From the NCBI GenBank assembly GCA_001949185.1, contig BDGG01000008.1:930001-994000 (forward strand): a DNA stretch of 64,000 nucleotides, written 5' to 3'. Source of the stretch: Ramazzottius varieornatus. Its lineage: Eukaryota; Animalia; Tardigrada. The notes beneath the pieces were generated by a model that was given only the letters and a program-made list of their open reading frames with translations, ran no database searches and was not told where the DNA came from. Position numbers and translations under genes: made by a program. Positions 50,120 to 63,650 of this stretch are shown in pieces (positions within the stretch are counted from its first letter, which is position 1; every line of letters begins with the position of its first letter).

Positions 50120-52145
50120 TCATTGTCCAGGTACATCCTTTACGTAGCTCGCAGGGAACAGGCCAACCTAGAAACAGGGAGCATAGGGGACATGTTGCAA
50201 CAGTAGCTTCTTTTACCTCTCGCTAACTGTGAGTGAATGTTTAGACATACATGGCCGTGAAGTCGGCCTTTACACCAGCCTTGGTCATCTTGGTCCTCCA
50301 ACTTTTCAAATATGTCCCCTTTGCGGAAGGTGAGTTCGTCGTCTTCCAAAGCCTCGTAGTCATACAGCGCCCGAACAGGTATCCCGGGGTCCCCGGTATC
50401 CGGTAAGCTGGTCAGATCATCGTCCCAGTCGTCCTCTGGGAACGGGCTGGGCAGCGACTGAGAGCCGGACACTACAAAGCGCAAACGTACAAGGTTACAA
50501 CTGCTGTCCGAGAGTGTGTAATACAGGTCAAGGTCGCCCCCTATCGATAACACTCACTCACACTTTCGATAATCATGCCTGAGATATTTCAGGTGAGGTC
50601 TTCGATTATACCTGAAGTGGTGGTAGCACACGTGGTTGTTGTAACATGGACGCTTGTCAAGTGAGTGGTGGTGACATGATCGGCAGATTGGGTACTCAGG
50701 ACAGGTGGAGCTCCATTGGGTATCACGTCGACCTCCTCTATCGACTTGAACTGTACGGCTGTCAACGCTATCCCATCACCACTGGCCATTACTTTGGCCG
50801 TTTTCCTGCTGCCGATGTTCTTCATTTCCGGCTGGTACTCCTCGAAGACCTAGACCAGAAAACTAGTAAGTCATGACCGTATACTCCCGAACCTACGCGG
50901 AATATTACCGGCCACGCCATGACCATATCGACACCGTGCGTTTTCGACCAGAGTCTCAGATCCTTGTTCGCGTCGGTGGCTTCCAAGGTTGAGTAGAACT
51001 CCTTGTAGATGTCCCTTAGAGCTGTATCTCTGGATAGGTCCAAACATCGATGCAGGTTCTTCAGCTGCTCTTGGAAGAAGAGGAGGCGTTGCTTTTCCAT
51101 CGACATGCATTTCTCATATACTTCACCCATGTCTTCCTGCTCAAAGAATCGCCTCTTTCAAATCTCAGTGCACTTCATGTATTGTTCTCTAATTTGTGTG
51201 AAGCCCGAAGAAACTTCTTACCATGTACTTTGCATTGTATTCATTTATCTCTCGGAGACTCTTGTCATACTTTTCCCTTGAGATCTGCCTATGCTCGGAT
51301 AAGCGCATCAGGTCCTCTTCGAACTTTTTCTTCTGGTCTATTGACTGCAGACCAATAACAATCAGTGTCGTGCAGGAACAAGAAATTTACGGGTATCACA
51401 ATGTGACTTATAATACGTACCAACGAGGTGTCGGTAATTGCGTTCCTTTCTCGAAGTGCAGCGGACCGCTCTTTCTGACATGCACTGTGATACTCGGCTT
51501 TCGTCTTTTGAACTTCACGCAGCCGTTTTTCCCACGGCTTTTGTGCCTTCTTGAAAGCGTCGTCCATTTCTTTCTTCTCTTTGAAGTCACGAATGAGTGT
51601 CTTGTGGAAATTATCTTTCTGCCATTGCTTGACGATATGGGCCACCTCGAAATCCATCCGTTCTTTCATTCGGACATGCAGCAAAGCCATTTGGTCCGCT
51701 TCGCATAACGTTGACTTCCACGCGGCAGCCATTGTTCCGTACTCCGGCACTGTACCTTTGTCCATCTTCTCGTTCCATTTCTTAGACCACGCCCGAAGAG
51801 AGGATGCATATTTGGCTTCTAACTCCCCCCTGTAAAGCACGAGGTATAGCCAAAGCATGCACCATGCAGAATTACAGACAAAACAAATCGCAGACACTAT
51901 CAAAATACTGTAGATAGGAAAACCGATCGAAAAGCTGAAGTTTTATTGCGTTACCGATCGCTTTACGGTATCTGATGATTGTGACCTTCACCCACTGGAA
52001 AAGCTTACCGTTCTTGCACGAGTTGTATCAGCTCATTACACAGGTGATATCCGTCGGAAATTCTTTTGGTGGTCCTTTTGTAGTTTCCTGGTTCCCAAAA
52101 GCAATCCGACTCGGCTTGATAATCCCCATCGTTATCTCCGACCAT
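50120..52145 (-). CDS. PACSIN: PACSIN/syndapin (F-BAR plus SH3); multi-exon
   Basis: SDCFWEPGNYKRTTKRISDGYHLCNEL, FKKAQKPW, SH3 VRALYDYEALEDDELTFRKGD..DDQGWCKG..VGLFPASYV. Confidence 0.95.
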
Positions 52146-53140
52146 GATATTAAGCAGAAGAGCAGATGGTTAGTCACAACGGTCCGCTACCAGGGAACAG
52201 AGCCCAATCACCAAAGGCTTATGCATAAAGAACCAAAGTATACAATGAACAGATATTGGACAAAGAAAACAACAGCCAAGAATCCGCATTAAGCGAAATT
52301 CGTTGGGGTTAATTCCTGCAGCAAACTACGAGACACGATGGAGCCAGAAGAGTACTTTGTCGTCAGGCGACGTCCTGGAAGAATTGCTCATCCAGCTCAG
52401 TTCGTCGTATATGGCGAAACTGCAGAGGGATGTCAGGATATGAAAACACCTGTACCTGGGGTCACCGATCAGGGTGGCTCAAATTTCCATACGTTCCGCT
52501 GTTATGGTTCTGCAAAACAAACAGCGTGTTATGACAATCGATCACCGCCAACGGAGCATATAGCATACCGGCTCCTGTAGTGTCTCGCAATCATGGTAGA
52601 TCTGACAAACGGATTAGGCGATGTTGAAGGACGGAGCTTTACCGTTGAAGGTTGCGCTACTCGCGATGGCCCAGCTCTTTGTTGATACTGTTGTGTTACA
52701 ATCGCCAGCCGCCGTTGGTCGAAATGTTTCTGTAATTAGATTTGTACGAAAATACGATGGGTCTATAACGATGGGGTCCGGCACCTCGTACGACGGAGTA
52801 CACCGACAAGGGAAATTGCGCCAGTCAAAAATTTCGCCCGACTACGCGAGACACCGGCCAGCTCGTCCGTACTGACTTTGTACGAAGTATACTACAGTAA
52901 GACACCTCATGAGAAGATGTAAGCGGAATTAATTAGGTCACAAAACCCATACCGTCAGAAAGACAGAAAATCACAGACTATAATAAAAGAACTACGAATG
53001 CATGGACAAAACTATGGACGCATCTCCCACAGGCAAAAAGAGTATCAAGACTTATCTTCCAAAAATTTCCGACTAGAACCCGAAACAGATAAAAATCACA
53101 ATATCATAGCCAGAACTGCTGAAAATACCGCTGATTCGGT

Positions 53141-55618
53141 TCAAACCCGAACAAGATGTCTAAGCGAAAGCAATAGGCCTTGGCGACCATTTCTTTTGCA
53201 GGCTGTGGATCAGGTCGAAAAGTATGGTTGAGAGTGTTTGGTCAACAATGCTCTGGGGTATCCAGCCCTACAACCAGCGAAGTGCTCAGTCACAGGACTT
53301 TTCTATCACCAAACAAAATGGTATGCATTTTCAAACTATCCGTCAAATGTTAGATACATACGTTACAAGGAACCATTTCGGTTATCTCGAGCCTGCATTA
53401 CAAAGCCTTCTTACCTTCAAGTTGGTGTTGAGTATGGAAACGAACCGGCATCGTTCCCTGCCATCGTCACCGGGCGGAAGTGGTTCTATTATCCAAGCAT
53501 TGGGGCCGTTCTCAGCACTAATGGAACATACATTATGAAATTATTTCACCAGGTGGTTCTGCTCGCAAGGGTCTATCTTACCGAACAAATTCTGGCAACA
53601 CTGGCTTCTTCGGATGTTCGCACGCCATAGAGGCTATAATGTAACTGTGTCCGGTCTCCGTCGGGATCTTGTCAAAGCACCGCACATCTAGGAAGTCACG
53701 CCCAGACACCATTCCACCAGCTTGGTCATTAACACAAACGTAGCAAACGTCGGTATGATCATCCAACACATCGACTTTCTAGGAAAACAACCACTTCCAT
53801 TTAGTTAATCGAACTATTTTTCTACACAGCTATAAGAGTAATCTACTTACCTCACTGTGAGCCACGGACGGATTCCACTTGGGCAATTCCTTCACACGTT
53901 GAAAGAAATCGGCAAATAAGTCGTACGGTGGAGCATGTATGATTGCCTCTATCCGGAAGATCTTCCCGAACCTTCTGTCATTCAAGCTGTACACGTTCTC
54001 ACCAGCTTTGCCCTGTTTCTCCAACTTCCAACCACTACGCTGCAGAAGTGACTTGACAACTACCACTGCCGACTGGCCACGCTCCATCAAACTCTTCCGC
54101 TACAGAGATCAAATCAACAGTTCCGTACTGCGATCATTGAAGACACAAGTTATGACAGTTGCTACTGCAGAACTTCGCAGGGATTTTATTACCTGGTCGA
54201 CGCTTAGCTGAGAGGGTAAGAATTCCGCCGAAACAGCTCCTGTATTAGCCAGCACATCTCCCACCACGGAACCTAGAGTGGAACTGGATGGTCAATCAAG
54301 CCAAGGACTGTACGGTTGGCCGCTGCTTACTCACGATTTTCAGGCGATCCGGCTTGCGGCGTATAGAAAGGTACCGATGACTGTCCGCCATCACCGAGAT
54401 GATCACGACGTCGACCTTGTCCGTACAGAAGGGGACTAGCTTCGTCGGCAGCTCGTCTGAGATCGACCAAACGTTCTTTCAGTTCCCGAGGCAGTACTTT
54501 GAAGTCCAGGAACCAAGTTTCCGCCCACGCGACGACGAACTAGGGGAGATGCAGCTTCGTTTAGACAAACTAGTACAAGGAAGACGTGACAAGGAAGCCC
54601 CGCCTGCAAGGTCCAAGAAGGAGCGTTGCGAGGATACTTCTACTTACACTGGAGACGAGAAGTAGATAATCGAGAAGAGGCAGATCCCGATCCTCCCGGG
54701 TGAACTGCAGTCAACAGGTATAAGGGAATCTCGTTTGCAGGTTGTAATGTGCAAACAGATTCCGCTTCTGTTTAGCCTGCTTTAAACTTACTGCGAAAAC
54801 AAAGACTTTTGCGATGAGGAATCCGCTGGAGATGGTTGTGGTAACCTGTAAACATAATCCGATTATATCTCTGCATCCGAATTAGCCAGCAGATTATGCT
54901 GCGAATGAGTACTACGTCGCGGGCGAAGCACAATCGGATGATAAATAGAATCGATATGGGCAACTCACCGCGACAACCCATGGATTGTGAAGGCGGAATA
55001 GGCCGTAGGCTAGGATTAGGAACATGAACCGTACTGCGGCGAGCATCTGGAACACATGACAATCAAGATGGTGATATTCCAGTGTGTGGAACGCCCATCT
55101 GGCGCAGTCCGAACTTAATTATACTATCTGCAATATGCTCTGGTTCGACTGTCGTCGCGGATATATACTGAGCATATCACTACGGTCTTTCCATGCCTTT
55201 TGAGAAAACTTACAACAAGATCAAAGAGGGAATGGTGGATGTTGAAGTGGGCAACTTCGGTGTCGAAGGCTTCGAACGCCGTTTGGCCTTTTATCTGGAA
55301 AACAAGCTTGTAGGCTACCTTTACGATCGTCTCATATCCACGAAGCCAACGAGACAAGAGATACGCTGGAGAGGAATGCTCAAACAATATAACTACAGCA
55401 AGAATGCCACTCATGAGTCACCTGTGTGTAGAGTAGCCACAGCAGGAATGTGAGGACAAGATCAAACACAACCAGGAGACAAAATGTCCTGCGCACATCC
55501 GATACAGGCTCTGGAACACAAAGGCAATTAAGCTCGCGGAAGTCATCAGATGAGTACAGAAGGATGATAGAGTCGGAATGTGCATTGACTTACCGTCACA
55601 GTCACAACGACAAGCCAT
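53141..55618 (-). CDS. STARD3: STARD3/MLN64-like (MENTAL plus START); multi-exon
   Basis: VSDVRRTFCLLVVFDLVLTFLLW, FYTP (FFAT-like), START domain LPKWNPSV, AGGMVSGRDFLDVR, GWIPQSIVDQ. Confidence 0.9.
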
Positions 55619-56356
55619 GATCGTCCGAGGAAGAGAAGACCGAAACCTACACCTCTTCTCGCAACCAAAGAACCAGTGTGCAAAGACGATCCGCACTTGG
55701 CTTATCACTCGTTAGACGCTGTTGGGGAGGAACGCTGGACTTTCGGTCGCCAGGAGAAGTGTGCTGAAGCCTGGATCTAACCAAATTAAGAACGAATTCC
55801 GGAATTAACGATCTCTTTGTTTAGAAATTTAATTAACAGCTGTTCTCGGCCAACAGTAATACTGCGATTCTTTTATCGTTTGCGGCAATTGAACGGTAAA
55901 TCAACCGAAAGAATCACTTCATTGGGTTCTTTGGAAATTGGAATACCGTGGTGTGTTTCTCCGTGTCAGTGCTTCAACATAACAGCAAAGATAACAGCAC
56001 CGTAATCTGTTTCTCGACCTCTGGGGACCCGGGAAGTGAACCATTATTATAAAGGTATCAGATTTAAGACAGAGTAGTGGAGAACCAGCATAAATGACTA
56101 AAATGAGAAAAAAAATGTCGTTTCCAATTTGATACGGGTAGAGGCCAAACAGGGCAATAAAACACGAAGGCATGTGCTGAGAAACCAAGAGGACGGATGG
56201 ACCGATCGAGTGACGCATCAAGATTAGTAAAAATTCGGATAGAGGGGTAAAACTCAAACTGCACAACAGAATTAAAATAAAACTCTGCTAGATTTTGTGA
56301 GAGATGATATTATCGAGATTAGTTCAGAGTATTGTTCTATTCGGAAAGTTTCAGTA

Positions 56357-59300
56357 TCACTGGTCGGCCGGGCGGCACACGCCTTGATGGCCCAGACCGG
56401 AAAGGATGTTGATGCAGTTGACGATCAGGCCGGTCCAACCAGTCTGATGACTGCAAGGTTCCAGTGAAACATCAAATATCATTTTACAGTGCTATCTAAA
56501 GCTAAACCAAAACGAGTCCGCCGGGTTACCTGGCTCCACAACCGCGGCCATTGTCACCATGAAAGTATTCGTAGAAGAGGACCAAGTCCTTGAAATGAGG
56601 GTCCTTCGCGTATTTCTCGGACAATCGAAGGTCCTTGCCTGTACAACAAGTTATCATTCCATGATTCGAAACAAAGCCTGAAAGCCGACGAAAGCCCTAC
56701 CGTGACATGGACGGATTCCTTCGGCATCGGGAGTAAAGATCTTGGCCAGTCGCTCACACAGTTCGTCGGCTGCATCCTTCAGTCGCATGAAATTACCAGA
56801 CCTAAAACGGTAGGGAAGCTGAAAACATGAAAAGTCGTCTTCGTTCAAAAAGTGTTCGTGTACCGTGCAGGAACTTCGACCTTCAGCGAGTCTCCGTAGT
56901 AGTAGTCAAAGCGTTGAAGACTTATAATAATCTACAAAGAGGTTACAGTATATTCGTGGATGCGTAACTTCCGAGACAGACCATCGGGGAACTCTTACCA
57001 GGAAGTTCATGGGGAACCAGATGGGTCCCCGCCAGTTACTGTTGCCGCCGAAGAGGTACGAGTTTGATTCACCCGGAGTATACTCCGCTCGTAACTCCTC
57101 GCCCTGCATCTGGATGGTAAAAGGGTTCTTTTCGTGAAACTTTGACATCGAACGAATGCCATACTCGCTTAAGAACTCATCCTCGTCGAACATGTAGGCC
57201 AAAATGCGTTCTAGCTGTCGCTTGGTCGGAACAGCCAGCAAGAAACGATTCTGCTGATCATCCTCTTGCATAAAGGAAGTCTAGAACACAGAGCAAATAA
57301 CCAATTAGTTCCTCTTTAATTTCAACCATTGTTACAGATGGGGGTCGGCAAACGAATCACACAGGACTCCTATTTCCAGCGGCGCACGTCTAGATTGGTA
57401 CCGGCTGGAGGCAAGCGCCACTACAGATAGCTAACTTGTACGAGTACGTCTGGTTCACCGTCTTCATAAATCATTCTACGGAAATAAACTTGAGTGCACT
57501 CTTAGTAAGACTTACTCGCTCAACCAAGTCTTTTCGGTGCTTGACGAACCACTGAGTCCGTTTGGCGAACGAAGGTAACTTTTCCATCGTGCTTTTTTCC
57601 AGCACCAAGACGCTAAAGATTGGTACGAGCCCGACCAAGGAGCGCAGTTTCATGGCCTGCGAGTTTCCGTGATGGCGGATGTGGTCGTAGTAGAAACCAT
57701 CTGTCTCATCCCATAAACCCTTGCCTCCGCCAAAGTTGTTGATGGCGTCGATGATGTACACCGAGTGTTCAAAGAACTTGCTGGCCATGTCTTCGTAGAC
57801 GGGATCTTTCAAGGCCAGCTCAATTGACATATCCAACATTACCTAGGCCAGCACACATAGTCAATGATCCTTGCAGAAGTCCAAGTGTACAGAGTTATGT
57901 TCAGATCAACTTTTGCTCAATTTACTTGAAATTAAATTATTGTCTTTAGCGATAATTGTGGTTAATGTTTTTTGAATGATAAGCGTTTTTCCCTTCCTAT
58001 AACTACTGTAATATCTTTTCTTGTTATTTTTCTCAAGTTATTTTGTTTGTTATTTTGTCACATCGATATGAATGAAAGGCTTCTGACATAGAAGCCATTC
58101 CGTTCCGAGCTACTTACGGCGCAGAAGAAGGCCATCCAAGCGGTGCCATCAGCTTGTTCCAGCATCATATCTGCCGGAAGAGGTTTCGACCGATCGAAGA
58201 CCCCGATGTTATCCAAGCCTAAGAAGCCTCCGGCAAAGAGATTACGTCCATTGGGATCCTTTCGGTTAACCCACCAGGTGAAGTTGAGGATCAGCTTGAG
58301 GTAGACTGACTCGAGAAACTGCACATCTTGCTTTGATGGCAGTTCACCGGGATGACTGTGGAAGAGACGATTGCATGCCCAAGCGTGAACCTACCAAAAC
58401 AGATTTTCAAAACGACGGACCCAGCTATGAAGTGGCTGTTATCTGTGAGAGCTCCACGGTACCGGCGGATTAACGTCGCCCAGTGCGAATTCGTAAGCGG
58501 GAATCTGCCCATTGGGATGCATGTACCATTCACGGAGAAACAGTAAAAGCTGACTCTTGGCGAATTCATAGTCAACGTTTGCCAATGGCACCGTGTGGAA
58601 GGCCAAATCCCAAGACGCATACTGCAAGAAAAATGTTACTCGACCAAAATTTCATCGGCAACCACTAGAAACTGTCCAGCTGCTTTTGTCGGCAAGAGTC
58701 TTTCAATTTGACAGAGGGCTCTTGCTGCGCACGTGAACTTACCCATGGATACTCCCATTTATCCGGCATGGAAATGACATCGCGATTGAAGAGATGGTCC
58801 CATTCACGATTTCGTCCCTCGAGACGACTCGCCGGGGGTTTCGGCTGGTCGGGGTCGCCATGCAGCCAGTCGTTCACCACGTAGTGGTAAAACTGACGAC
58901 TCCACAGCATGCCAGCATACGCTTGACGCTGAACATTTCGAAGCTGAGGATCCATCTTTTGCGGTTGGATCTGCAACAAAACATTATGTTCCTTTCGGCA
59001 TCGAGACTGTTCAATAAACAAGAGAAAAGATTTTCCACATTGAGGTACCGTAGAATAGAACTCGTCGGCTTCTTTCTTGCGCAGCTCGAACACCTTATCG
59101 AAGTCCGCGAAGGCATCTTTTCCTTGTGGTGCCTGATCATGTTGATACATGCGAGTACGAATGACGGACTTGCCACCAGCCGGGACTGTTACAGTGTAGT
59201 ACGCAGAGACCTTTGTGCCATGCTTCTTCGGCGACACAGCATCCTCCTCGCCGTTGACAACATATCGATGGAAGGCATCCTTGACGTATGGGGTATAGTT

Positions 59301-60428
59301 CTCCTGACCTACAAAACACCACATTGAGAAAAGAAGGCTGTAAGAGTACCGGGAGCTTTCATTGATGATATCGTCCACCTACCATAAAGGGCTTTCGTGT
59401 TGGTTTCGTTTTCCGTGAAGAGCAGCTGGACGTCTTGAGATTCCTCCACGGGACCCCATTCACAGAAGAACTCTTCCAACGTGTCATGCTTGGTTCGGAC
59501 CTTTAAACCATTGCCCTCCTGCGCGATGCGTGGCTTCGCGGTACATCCTTCGTGCTTGCAACCCCAGATCCAGCTGTTGCGGAACCACAGCGTGGGTAAC
59601 ACGTGCAGAGTCGCTTCCTCGGGACCGCGATTATGAACAGAGATACGCGCAAGGACGTTCTGCGACGACGACTTTGCGTATTCCACCTCGACATCCCAGT
59701 ACTTGTTCTCGTCGAAAAGGCCTAGGTAAAATAAAATCAATAACTGCAACCCGGAAGTACGAACGACGTTGCGCGTATGTTCATAAGAGCATTGTAAAAC
59801 AAACCTGCATCTTCTACTTCGTATTCCAGATCTCCTTTGCCTCGATTTCGACCTTCCTCGTTGATTTTCGAGTACGGGTATTCTGCTTGTGGGTACTTAT
59901 AGAGTCCCTTAGCGTAGGACATCGTCGGTGTGCAGTCCAGATGGTAATATAACTCTTTGACGTCTTCGCCATGATTACCCTGTCAAAAGTTAGTTCAGCT
60001 TCTGAAAACACCAAGCATTATGTACTTGCAGCATGCGTTCGTTGTACAGTACCTGTGAACCGGTCAAGCCATAAAGTCGTTCTTTCAAGATGGGATCTTT
60101 GCCGTTCCACAGAGCGACGGCGAAGCACAGACGACATTCGCGATCGGTGACGCCCAGAATACCGTCTTCGCCCCAGCGATAAGCTCTTGATCGAGCCTGA
60201 TCGTGAGTGAAGTAGTCCCAACTGCAAAAGTATCGGCAATTAGTACCTACGATGTTGTGTTTCAGAGGTGGCTTACCAAGTTCCGTCAGGACTGTAGTCT
60301 TCTCGAACAGTGCCCCATTGCCGGTCAGACAGATATGGTCCCCATCGCTTCCAGTTATCTTTGCGCACCTTGTCCTGTTGCAAGCGATCCCCTTCCGCGC
60401 TACCCTGCATCTGTGCTTTGTCAGCCAT
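56357..60428 (-). CDS. GH63/MGH1-like glycoside hydrolase (yeast YMR196W-like); about 13 introns
   Basis: [105 protein letters not shown]. Confidence 0.93.
57340..57455. repeat. Family 1 copy (GH63 gene intron)
   Basis: ggggtcggcaaacgaa...ccagcggcgcacg...gcgccact. Confidence 0.6.
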
Positions 60429-60932
60429 GCTACTGTCAAAAACGAAGCAAAAGCTAACGAGACGAGAGATACGTTTCTTTCTTAACTTACACGACGAGGA
60501 AGTCAACTTACTTGTTCTGCCGAGGTGTCCCACACACTTGCAAACACTGCTTGAAGCGTTGTTCACATGCACTCATACAAAAGAACTCCTTCGCTACACA
60601 AGACTGCCGTAGGGGGTATTCCGATTGCTCCCGAACAGTTACAGGTTTAGGAAACTCGATGCACGGAGATCAGCGATATCGATAAAGAATGAAAACCGGT
60701 TCAGGGCCTTTCGGGGTGTTTCATCCAAATGATTTCACGTTAGCTTACTGCTTAGGAGGCGTAGTACGTCATGACAGCAACTCGGCTGCTGCTTGACGAG
60801 AAGAACATACGGTTTGTGAAAGCTGTACGTCATACGTTACTTCCAGTTGGTCGAAAGACGTAAACAAATGATGTCACGAAGGTTTTTACCAGTCTGGCTG
60901 ACCTCAGTATGACGTTATGTCGTCATAACGAG

Positions 60933-63650
60933 ATGGGCGCTACAAACTCCTCCTCTGGTACACTGACGCAATTTTATGCAGTTTTAGTTCTTGTTCATAA
61001 TTTCCAGTTTGCCCGCTTCCAAGCTCAAACGCTTGTGTATTGTTTGTTTCTGGTTCTTCCATACCGTGGAAATCGGTACTACAGTCGGGAAAGGAGCCGC
61101 ATGAATGGAGCGCGGACAGAACTGTCGCAACAACTTCTTTGAATGCCCCTTCTGGTGGCGCACGTTCCATGATATTAGCTGGAGCCGTGCGCCGCTTGGG
61201 AAAACGATCTGCACGGGTTTGTTTGCCGAGCTCCCAAATGTGGCTCTCTATCTCAGTGTTTTACAGGTTACAACGAAGATTGTTTTCGTCATCATGACTT
61301 GCACGACGTTCCCTCGCTCTATTTTCCTCCTGGGGTTACTGTTCCTCCGTACATGGTATCCATATCCAAACCAACCGCACAGCTGCCATCGAAGACGGTG
61401 GAGCCTGCTAGCGAGAAACTGCCGGTCTCCGATTCGGACGTTTCGGAGGAAAGATCGGTAATATTCCCTTTTCACGCGGAACCTGCAACACCACAAGACG
61501 CGTCCATCTCGGAGTACGGACCAGGTTCCCCCGAGATCTTGCCACCACCACCAAAGCGTTTGCGGACCTCCACTCCAGTCACCACTGCCGATAAAGCGAG
61601 ATCGGTTTCTCCAGAAATTCCCTTGCCAGCACCACGTCCACCGAAGAAGCCTGTCGACAACGCGCTAGTTGCTCACCCAACATTGAAACGATTCAAAATT
61701 CCTCAGCCCATGTTGAAAAATCTTTTTCCGGAATCCGGTGCCTTTGGTCGGTCGGTTCCTCTCAACGCTTCAGACTTGGACCCGGTAAGGGTTGAACAAA
61801 ATTCGCTCCAGCAAAAAGTGTCGCAGCCAGCAAGAAGTCCAGCTTCGCAAACTTCGCAGGCTAGTCCAGTCGCTTCTCCGAACCGGGTGGTGCAAAATAG
61901 CACACTGGTGCGCTTTCCGCCTCGAATCGCTCACACACCAGTTGCAACTACCGTCCAGAGTGTATCCGCCCCAAGTCCTACTTCAGTTCTTCCACCAGCT
62001 TCACACCTTCCTCCTTTAGATCCCAACACGCTTACGGCCTCTTATTCAGGTATTGCATATGCTGTCGATTAGAAGGTACAAATGGCGCACGCTTCCAGCC
62101 CATAATTGTAGTACAGTGCGCCACTTGAGAGAACGGCGCACGCTCTCCGCCAATAATAATGAAAACGTGCGCCGCTTAAAACAGCAATCTTGCATGTTTC
62201 GTTACGGAGCGCATACTGAATTGGTTGACGATTGTTTAGTTCACGGTCTAGTAGCTTGATGTTTCCGTGCAGCGTTCCTCAACGCCCTCAAACAAATTCC
62301 TATCGCACCACATCAGCTGGTCTTCAACCTTCCTCACCCCACAGACGCCAGCCGTACAGCGACGAAGCCCGTTTTGCCGGCTTCGTCGCTGTACCCAACG
62401 CCGTCCCCCATCTCGACTATACAGTGGCGTCCACCTAACCCACTTCAACCAGCACCTTCACCGAGCGGTCCGAGCTTATCTACGGCACAGGGTACAGTCC
62501 GAACTTTACGGCGTCCTGTTGAGCTTCCCGTCGGTCCTCGTCAAGATCTGCGTGAGCCCGTGCTGACATCCCTGCTGAAAGCACAGCAAGCCGTACGTGA
62601 ATGTCCTATGATATAGCGCCGTTGAAGATCTTGCACGTTTCGTTTACCGACCTCCCAGATTTTACATTGCCTAACTTTATTTTCTATCTTACAGACAGCG
62701 CCTAGCGAAGCACAGCAAAATACGCTCCTGCAGACTCCTCCAGTCCAACAAGTGCGACTCCAATACCCGCACCTTCAGTTACGGCCCCTTCCTCCAAGTG
62801 TACAAGCTCAGCCGGTCCGGATCGTGCTGCCACCGCTGTATGGATCCACAGGCGTGGTTTCGCCTCCACGTCTGATCGCACCCAACCTCACCAACCAACT
62901 AGGGTTTCATCCGTTGCAACATACTGTTCCTGGTCTTCCTTCCAACCTCAAAGTGGTAACACCTCCGCCATCAATGGTTAAACCCTCAGATGGAACAACA
63001 CAGACTAGACCTCTAGCGCAGTCGGCACAGCAACGTTATTTATCACAAAGTCTTTCTGGACAGTCTTTCTTGTATAATCCAAGTCGTCAAACAATAACGC
63101 CGACGTCAAGAGTCGTTTCTAGCATTCCGCAAGCTCAACAGAATATAGTACGAGTACCAATAGCTTCTACTCCGCCTTCGTCAGGACAGGCGCCTCTAAC
63201 GCTTCGCACTCTCGTCAACGCCCCTTCACCCCAGACCGGAAGCGCAGCCGTCAGAAAACACTGCTTAGGCAGAAAAACCATCACCCAACCCCCAGAAAGA
63301 ACAAGAAGAAGACAACATTCGAAACGCCTTCCACCTCAGAGTCTGAGATAGAAGAGGAGGTGGAGGTGGAGGCGGAGCAAGAGGGTCCTCGTAGAGTTCT
63401 GAGGTCAGTGTACAGGTCGAAGGAAAGAACAGCCATTGTCGATGGGCAGACAGAGTCGGCTACGGGTGTGAGAAGAAGGAGGGACTCTGATCCAGAATGG
63501 GAACCTGACGATGACCAATTCGACACATCGTTGGAAGAAGACGTCTGCGAGCCGGAGCCTGACGTACGGTCCTCATTCGTCGAACAGGAGACGGATGAGA
63601 CGGAGAATGATCCGAGTGAGTCCCCTCGATCTGCGGACGAAGGTCTTTAG
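60933..63650 (+). CDS. Uncharacterised Pro/Ser/Gln-rich, probably disordered protein with an acidic tail; exon structure uncertain
   Basis: Long same-strand ORFs 61299-62072, 62752-63351 and 63360-63650 with similar composition; splice-like signals between the upstream segments; no recognisable domain. Confidence 0.5.
61120..61235. repeat. Family 1 copy (Pro-rich gene, probable intron)
   Basis: gtggcgcacg...cgtgcgccgcttgggaaaacgatctgcacgggtttgtttgccgagctccc. Confidence 0.75.
62078..62210. repeat. Family 1 copy with duplicated core hairpin
   Basis: tggcgcacg...gtgcgccactt followed directly by cggcgcacg...cgtgcgccgctt...aatcttg. Confidence 0.7.

Noticed and set aside
21451-60428. Functional cluster of glycosylation and endomembrane genes (GMPPA, ALG9, GH63, MON1, AP1G1, STARD3, TMEM41A)
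   Set aside because: These are broad housekeeping categories on mixed strands and interleaved with unrelated genes, which is compatible with chance.
1487-62655. Family 1 hairpins as introner elements or a CRISPR-like array
   Set aside because: Copies lie inside introns rather than defining their boundaries, and they are dispersed with no repeat-spacer periodicity.
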